DNA of 64,000 bases, taken from contig CBDDFZ010000002.1 of the NCBI GenBank assembly GCA_965227515.1, forward strand, positions 704,001 through 768,000. Direction: 5' to 3'. The DNA comes from Alphaproteobacteria bacterium (GTDB lineage Bacteria > Pseudomonadota > Alphaproteobacteria > CALKHQ01). A program made the position numbers and the translations under genes. Positions 59,388 through 64,000 of this stretch are shown one piece after another (the stretch's first letter is position 1; every line of letters starts with the position of its first letter). The notes beneath the pieces were generated by a model. The model was not told where the DNA came from and made no database searches. It saw only the letters and a program-made list of their open reading frames with translations.

Positions 59388-59545
59388 GTCTAGGTCTCCC
59401 TTTCTAGGATCCGGACGCCCACATTCTGTGGGCGTGACAACCGGGTTCTACATGAACGCGGGCAGACAGGCGGGGATTTGCGGCGCTGGAACATCCTGTT
59501 CCAAAGTACAAGGCCCCACCTGGCAAAGCACCGCTGCCACACATC

Positions 59546-59696
59546 AGCAATCGGTGTGCCAAGATGTCGGGAAAATGGCAGAATCCAGGCATGCTGCGGG
59601 ATTGATTGCTTAATAAATATTGTATTTACCATGCCAGCAGGGCATTATGTGCCGATCTATCGGCAAAAAATGCCGACCTGGCGGCATAAATTGCCG
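59546..59696 (-). promoter_or_regulatory. Sigma54 promoter, AT tract and three phased ftr sites for the upstream flagellin
   Basis: TGGCACACCGATTGCT (59561-59546); ATATTGTATTT (59617-59627); GGCA-N5-TGCC palindromes starting at 59640, 59661 and 59682. Confidence 0.88.
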
Positions 59697-59979
59697 TCAG
59701 TTTATTGTTAGGGTTAAAACAAAGTGTAAGTATTTGGCCGTCGGTGGGTGTCGGCCCTTCTGTTGTGAGATCACTATGCATAGCGCGTGCCACAATGGAG
59801 CGGCCGCCCAGCGCGTTCATCAATTATCAACCATGGCGGTGGCTGGATGTACGGGCTCTTGAGCACCGGCGCCCGCGTTGTGGGAAGACAAATCAGGTGA
59901 CGGCGCAGCTTGGCTGTGGTCCGCTGCCCCGACACAGGCGCCCGCAGTCACCCTGGACTTAAAGTCCCCCAAGGCTCAG

Positions 59980-60840
59980 ATGACCGATTTCGTCGCCGAG
60001 GTTTCCAGCAACCACCACACCGACATCGAACGGTGCCGCGCCTTCATTGCGCGCGCAGCCGCGGTGGGGTGTGCCGCGGTCAAGTTCCAGCTGTTCACCG
60101 TCGACCAGTTGTTCGCGCCCGAGATCGTCGCCGCCAGCCCGGAACATCGCGCCCGCCGCGCCTGGGAACTGCCGCGCGACATGGTGCCCGAACTGGCCGC
60201 GTGCGCGCGCGCGCACGATATCGGTTTTGCCTGCACCCCTTTCGATTTGCCGGCGGTCGACGTGCTGGCGCCCCACGTGGATTTCCTCAAGGTCGCGTCC
60301 TACGAGCTGCTGTGGGACGACCTCTTGCGGGCGTGTGCGGCTACCGGGCGGCCGGTGGTGCTCTCCACCGGCATGGCGACGATGGCAGAAATTGCCCACG
60401 CCGTGGACGTTTTGCGCACCGCCAATGCCAGCGCCGTCACGGTGCTGCATTGCGTGTCCGGCTACCCCACGCCGAGGACCGATGCCAACCTGTCGGCGAT
60501 CGCGACCCTGCGCGATGCCTTCGACGTGCGGGTCGGCTGGTCCGACCACAGCCGCGACCCCGGCGTCGTGCTGCGCGCGGTCCATCGCTGGCGGGCCTCC
60601 ATGGTGGAGTTCCACCTGGACCTTGAGGGCGACGGCCCGGAATACGCCGCCGGCCATTGCTGGCTGCCGGACGAGATTGCACCGGTCATCGCCGCCTGCG
60701 CCGACCTTTCGGTGGCCGACGGCGACGGGGTGAAGGCCCCGCAGGCCGCGGAACGGTCGGACCGCGATTGGCGCGCCGATCCCAGTGACGGATTGCGGCC
60801 CTTGAAGGCGCTGCGCCCCGGTTTCAGACAAGCAGGCTGA
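59980..60840 (+). CDS. NeuB/PseI/SpsE-family nonulosonic acid synthase (short form)
   Basis: FVAEVSSNH, AVKFQ, CTPFD, KVASYE, LSTGMA, LHCVSGYP, GWSDHS, EFH. Confidence 0.92.
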   Translation: MTDFVAEVSSNHHTDIERCRAFIARAAAVGCAAVKFQLFTVDQLFAPEIVAASPEHRARRAWELPRDMVPELAACARAHDIGFACTPFDLPAVDVLAPHVDFLKVASYELLWDDLLRACAATGRPVVLSTGMATMAEIAHAVDVLRTANASAVTVLHCVSGYPTPRTDANLSAIATLRDAFDVRVGWSDHSRDPGVVLRAVHRWRASMVEFHLDLEGDGPEYAAGHCWLPDEIAPVIAACADLSVADGDGVKAPQAAERSDRDWRADPSDGLRPLKALRPGFRQAG

Positions 60841-60844
60841 TCCT

Positions 60845-62683
60845 ATGACCGAACGCGTTGTTGCCGTTGTCCAGGCCCGCATGGGCTCGTCGCGCCTGCC
60901 CGGCAAGTCGCTGATGCCGCTGGTCGGCAAGCCGCTGTTCTGGCACGTCTGGACGCGGCTGAGCGCCGCCGAGACCGTGGACGAGATCGTGCTCGCCACC
61001 AGCGACCAGGCCCAGGACGACACGCTGGAAGATTACGCGCGCAGTCTGGGGTGCACGGTTGTGCGCGGGCCGGCCGACGACGTGCTGGCGCGCTACGTGA
61101 TGGCGGCGGATGTCGCCAATGCCGACATCGTGGTCCGCGTGACCGGCGATTGCCCGCTGGTCGACCCCTGGCTTGTCGACTACCTGGTCGCCGGCCTGGC
61201 CGCCAGCGATGCCGGTTATGTGACGGTGACGCCGGATGGCGCGCTGATCGACGAGGGCATCGACCCCTGCCGCGCCTGGGCTCTGCGCCGGTTGCGGGCC
61301 GAGCGGGGCGACGACCCCGTCGCGCGCGAGCATGTGACCAGCTATTTCAAGCGCCAGCCCCACTTCGTGCCGGTGGTCGCGCTGGCGGCGCCTGCCGACC
61401 GCGACGTGCCGGGCGCACGGCTGTCGGTGGACACGCCGGCCGATCTCGTCTTTCTGGACGCTGTCTACGACCGACTCGGGGCCGCCCCCGGCACCGCGCG
61501 CGTCGCGGATATCGTTTCGCTCTTGCGTCGCGAGCCTCAGTTGATGCGCATCAACGGGCACGTGGCACGCAAGGCCACGGAGACACAGGCAATGAAAGTG
61601 CTGATCCGCTGTGACGGCGACAACGCCGTCGGCATGGGCCATGTGGTGCGGTGCGTCGCGATTGCCGATGCGCTGCGGTCCGCCCATGGCGCCGCGGTCA
61701 GTTTCGCCGTGGTCACCGGAACGCCCGCTGCCGAGATGATCGCGGCACATGGCTTCAGGGTCGAAACGCCAGGCAACGCGCAAGGTGACGAGAATGCTTG
61801 GCTTGACGGGCTGGCAGGCGACCTGCGCCCCGACGTGCTGCTGGTCGATGTCCGCAGTGATCTGGGTCCGGACACGCTGCGCCGCATCGGTGCCCGTGGG
61901 GTGACCGTCGCGGTGCTGGACGATGCCGGGCCGCGCAGCCGCGCCGCCGACATCGCGTTCTATCCGCCGCTGCCGCGCGAACTGGCGCTGGATTGGCCGG
62001 CGTTCGGCGGCGATGTGCGCTCGGGCTGGGACTACATCCCCATGCGCCGTGGCTTTGCCGAGGCGGCCGAGGCTCGTGCCGCCAGGGTGGCCCAGGCATC
62101 GGACGGTGCGACGCCCGCCACGCCGGTCCGGGTGCTGGTCAGCATGGGCGGCGGCGACCCGACCGGGGCTACGGCGGCCGCACTCCGCGCGCTTTCGCGC
62201 AGCAAGCAGCCGCTGGAGATCGTGGCCGTGCTGGGCCATGCGTTCGCCGATCATGCCGCCGTCATGGATGCGGCGGCGGCCAGTTGCTGGCCGGTCGAAA
62301 TTCGCACCGGCGTGGAGGACATGCCGGGCCTGATGGCGGACATGGACTGTGCCGTCGCCGCGTTCGGCATGACAGCCTATGAACTTGCCGCCGTTGGCGT
62401 GCCGGCACTCTATGTATGTGCGACCGCGGATCACCGCCGTTCGGCCATGGCGCTGGAGCAGGCGGGCGCGGCGGCGGTTGCCGGCATTCTCGCCGACGGT
62501 CCGGACGCCATCGATGTCGACGGCGCACGCTACGGCGACATGGTGCGGGCCTTCGTCGGCGACCGTACCGCGCATCGTCGGATGGCCGCGGCGGCCCGTG
62601 GCCTGATCGACGGCCGGGGCGCCGAGCGTATCGCCGATGTGCTGGCGGGCCTGCGGTCGCGGCGGCTGACCGTCGCTGCCTGA
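60845..62683 (+). CDS. Fusion of SpsF-type cytidylyltransferase and PseG/SpsG-type UDP-sugar hydrolase/glycosyltransferase
   Basis: N-terminal QARMGSSRLPGK, RVTGDCPL, REHVT, RLSVDT..D; C-terminal IRCDG...GMGHVVRC, SMGGGDP, FGMTAYE. Confidence 0.88.
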   Translation: MTERVVAVVQARMGSSRLPGKSLMPLVGKPLFWHVWTRLSAAETVDEIVLATSDQAQDDTLEDYARSLGCTVVRGPADDVLARYVMAADVANADIVVRVTGDCPLVDPWLVDYLVAGLAASDAGYVTVTPDGALIDEGIDPCRAWALRRLRAERGDDPVAREHVTSYFKRQPHFVPVVALAAPADRDVPGARLSVDTPADLVFLDAVYDRLGAAPGTARVADIVSLLRREPQLMRINGHVARKATETQAMKVLIRCDGDNAVGMGHVVRCVAIADALRSAHGAAVSFAVVTGTPAAEMIAAHGFRVETPGNAQGDENAWLDGLAGDLRPDVLLVDVRSDLGPDTLRRIGARGVTVAVLDDAGPRSRAADIAFYPPLPRELALDWPAFGGDVRSGWDYIPMRRGFAEAAEARAARVAQASDGATPATPVRVLVSMGGGDPTGATAAALRALSRSKQPLEIVAVLGHAFADHAAVMDAAAASCWPVEIRTGVEDMPGLMADMDCAVAAFGMTAYELAAVGVPALYVCATADHRRSAMALEQAGAAAVAGILADGPDAIDVDGARYGDMVRAFVGDRTAHRRMAAAARGLIDGRGAERIADVLAGLRSRRLTVAA

Positions 62684-62691
62684 GGCGCACC

Positions 62692-63639
62692 ATGTCGGCA
62701 CAGCCGAATCCCGGACGCGATATGCATGGCTCCGACGCGCATGACGGGCCCGTCATTGCCGCCAAGGACGACTTCCATGTCGTCGACTGCCACGGGTGCG
62801 GATACGCCCATGTGGTGCCGATGCCCGACGAGGCGGCGCTGAGCCAGCTCTATCGCCACGACTTCTACGACCGCGACAAGCCGCTTTATCTGGAACGCTA
62901 CGCCGAGGATCGCGACTGGTGGCAGGCGGTCTATGCCGAGCGCTACCAGGTGTTCGAGGGCCATTTGCCTGCGGACCGCAGGCGCGTGCTCGACGTCGGC
63001 AGCGGGCCGGGCCTGTTCCTCGACACTGGCGTTGCGCGCGGCTGGACCGTGCATGGCATCGAGCCGGGCGAACAGGCGGTGGCGCACTGCCGGGCGCGCG
63101 GCCTGGTCGTGACGGGCGGCCTGTTCGACGATGCCAGTGCCGCCGACCTGGACCGGTTCGACGCCGTGCACATGGCGCTGGTGCTGGAGCACGTGCCGGA
63201 CCCCGGGGCGATGCTGCGCCGGGCGGTCGGCGTGCTGGCACCGGGCGGGGTTGCCTGCATCGTGGTGCCCAACGACTTCAATGCCTTGCAGACGGCTGCC
63301 CTGGGCGCGACCGGCGGTGTGCCGTGGTGGGTGGCGCCGCCGCATCACCTGAACTACTTCACGCCGCAGAGCCTTGAGCGCCTGGCCCGCCGTGCCGGTC
63401 TTGAGGTCGTGGCGCGGACCGCGACCTTCCCCATGGAGCTGTTCGTGCTGATGGGCGACAACTATGTCGGCGACGATGCCCTGGGCCGCGCCTGCCACGG
63501 CAAGCGCAAGCGCCTGGAGATGGCGGTGCGCGAACATGCGCCGGCCGGCACGCTTGCCAATCTCAACCAGGCGTTCGCGGATGCGGGCCTGGGCCGCGAG
63601 ATCGTGCTCTACGCCCGGCGTCCCGCCGCCGACGCATGA
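62692..63639 (+). CDS. Class I SAM-dependent methyltransferase with a CxxC motif
   Basis: DCHGCG, VLDVGSGPG, GIEP, VLEHVPDP, VPN, HHLNYF. Confidence 0.9.
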   Translation: MSAQPNPGRDMHGSDAHDGPVIAAKDDFHVVDCHGCGYAHVVPMPDEAALSQLYRHDFYDRDKPLYLERYAEDRDWWQAVYAERYQVFEGHLPADRRRVLDVGSGPGLFLDTGVARGWTVHGIEPGEQAVAHCRARGLVVTGGLFDDASAADLDRFDAVHMALVLEHVPDPGAMLRRAVGVLAPGGVACIVVPNDFNALQTAALGATGGVPWWVAPPHHLNYFTPQSLERLARRAGLEVVARTATFPMELFVLMGDNYVGDDALGRACHGKRKRLEMAVREHAPAGTLANLNQAFADAGLGREIVLYARRPAADA

Positions 63640-63647
63640 GACGGCGA

Positions 63648-64000
63648 ATGACATCCACGGTCACACCTGTCTTTTTCGTCGGCAGCGGTCGCTGCGGCAC
63701 GGCGGCGATCGCCCGGGCGTTGGACGGACGTGACGATATCGAGATCCACCACGAATACCTCTGCACCCATGTGCAGCCGCTGGCGGTGGAGTACTACAGC
63801 GGGCGGATCGACACGCCGGCGGCGGTCCAGGCGCTGGCGCCGCTGCACGGCCGGGCCATCCAGTTGTGCGACCGGCCGTTGTGGGCGGACTGCTCCAACA
63901 AGTTGAGCTGGCTGATCCCGCCGCTGGCCGCCATGTTCCCGCACGCGCGGTTCGTCCACCTGGTGCGCGACGGACGCAAGGTTACAAGCTCATACTTCAA
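63648..64000 (+). CDS. Sulfotransferase family protein (truncated by window edge)
   Basis: Not in the ORF track. Read manually: VFFVGSGRCGT (5'-PSB loop), HE, FPHARFVHLVRDGRKVTSS (3'-PB motif). Alternative in-frame ATG at 63636. Confidence 0.85.
   Translation, partial: MTSTVTPVFFVGSGRCGTAAIARALDGRDDIEIHHEYLCTHVQPLAVEYYSGRIDTPAAVQALAPLHGRAIQLCDRPLWADCSNKLSWLIPPLAAMFPHARFVHLVRDGRKVTSSYF

Noticed and set aside
1-64000. tRNA, rRNA, IS transposase, integrase, prophage or defence genes
   Set aside because: No cloverleaf/T-arm signatures, rRNA-like tracts or DDE/HUH/recombinase motifs were recognized by eye; a tRNAscan/Infernal/ISEScan run would be needed to exclude them fully.

Overview
GC-rich alphaproteobacterial chromosome segment. 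The ctrA, sciP, flbD, flbT/flaF genes and the ctrA/fliI-fliJ/flhA-flhF-flhG gene order suggest a Rhodospirillales-like lineage (inference). The left ~36 kb is a housekeeping/accessory mosaic: glmS-glmU, gph, PhzF, a 1888-aa GPR/RgsE/TipN-like coiled-coil membrane protein, gluconolactonase, a secreted beta/gamma-crystallin + Cys-rich protein, a hybrid histidine kinase, orphan solute-binding proteins, carbonic anhydrase, trpF, EF-G2, an amidase with a small partner, ppdK, glycosyltransferases and a Rap1a-like protein. The right ~28 kb is a cell-cycle/flagellar cluster: ctrA; fliI-fliJ; fliF-G-H-N-flbD-flhA-flhF-flhG; sciP; fliK-flgD-flgE; two flagellins with flbT-flaF. It is followed by a nonulosonate-type glycosylation locus with a methyltransferase and a sulfotransferase. 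CtrA boxes, sigma54 promoters, FlbD (ftr) enhancers and IHF-like tracts can be read directly from the sequence. No transposase, tRNA, rRNA or CRISPR array was seen, but at least eight intergenic palindromic REPIN/MITE-like elements are present. The best leads are: an unannotated sigma54-type sRNA with anti-Shine-Dalgarno motifs upstream of ppdK; a 16-bp tandem array of four CcrM (GANTC) sites; localized AT-rich synonymous patches inside flagellar genes; the REPIN families with variable cores; and a possibly sulfated/methylated flagellin glycan. All calls come from reading the sequence; no database searches were run.
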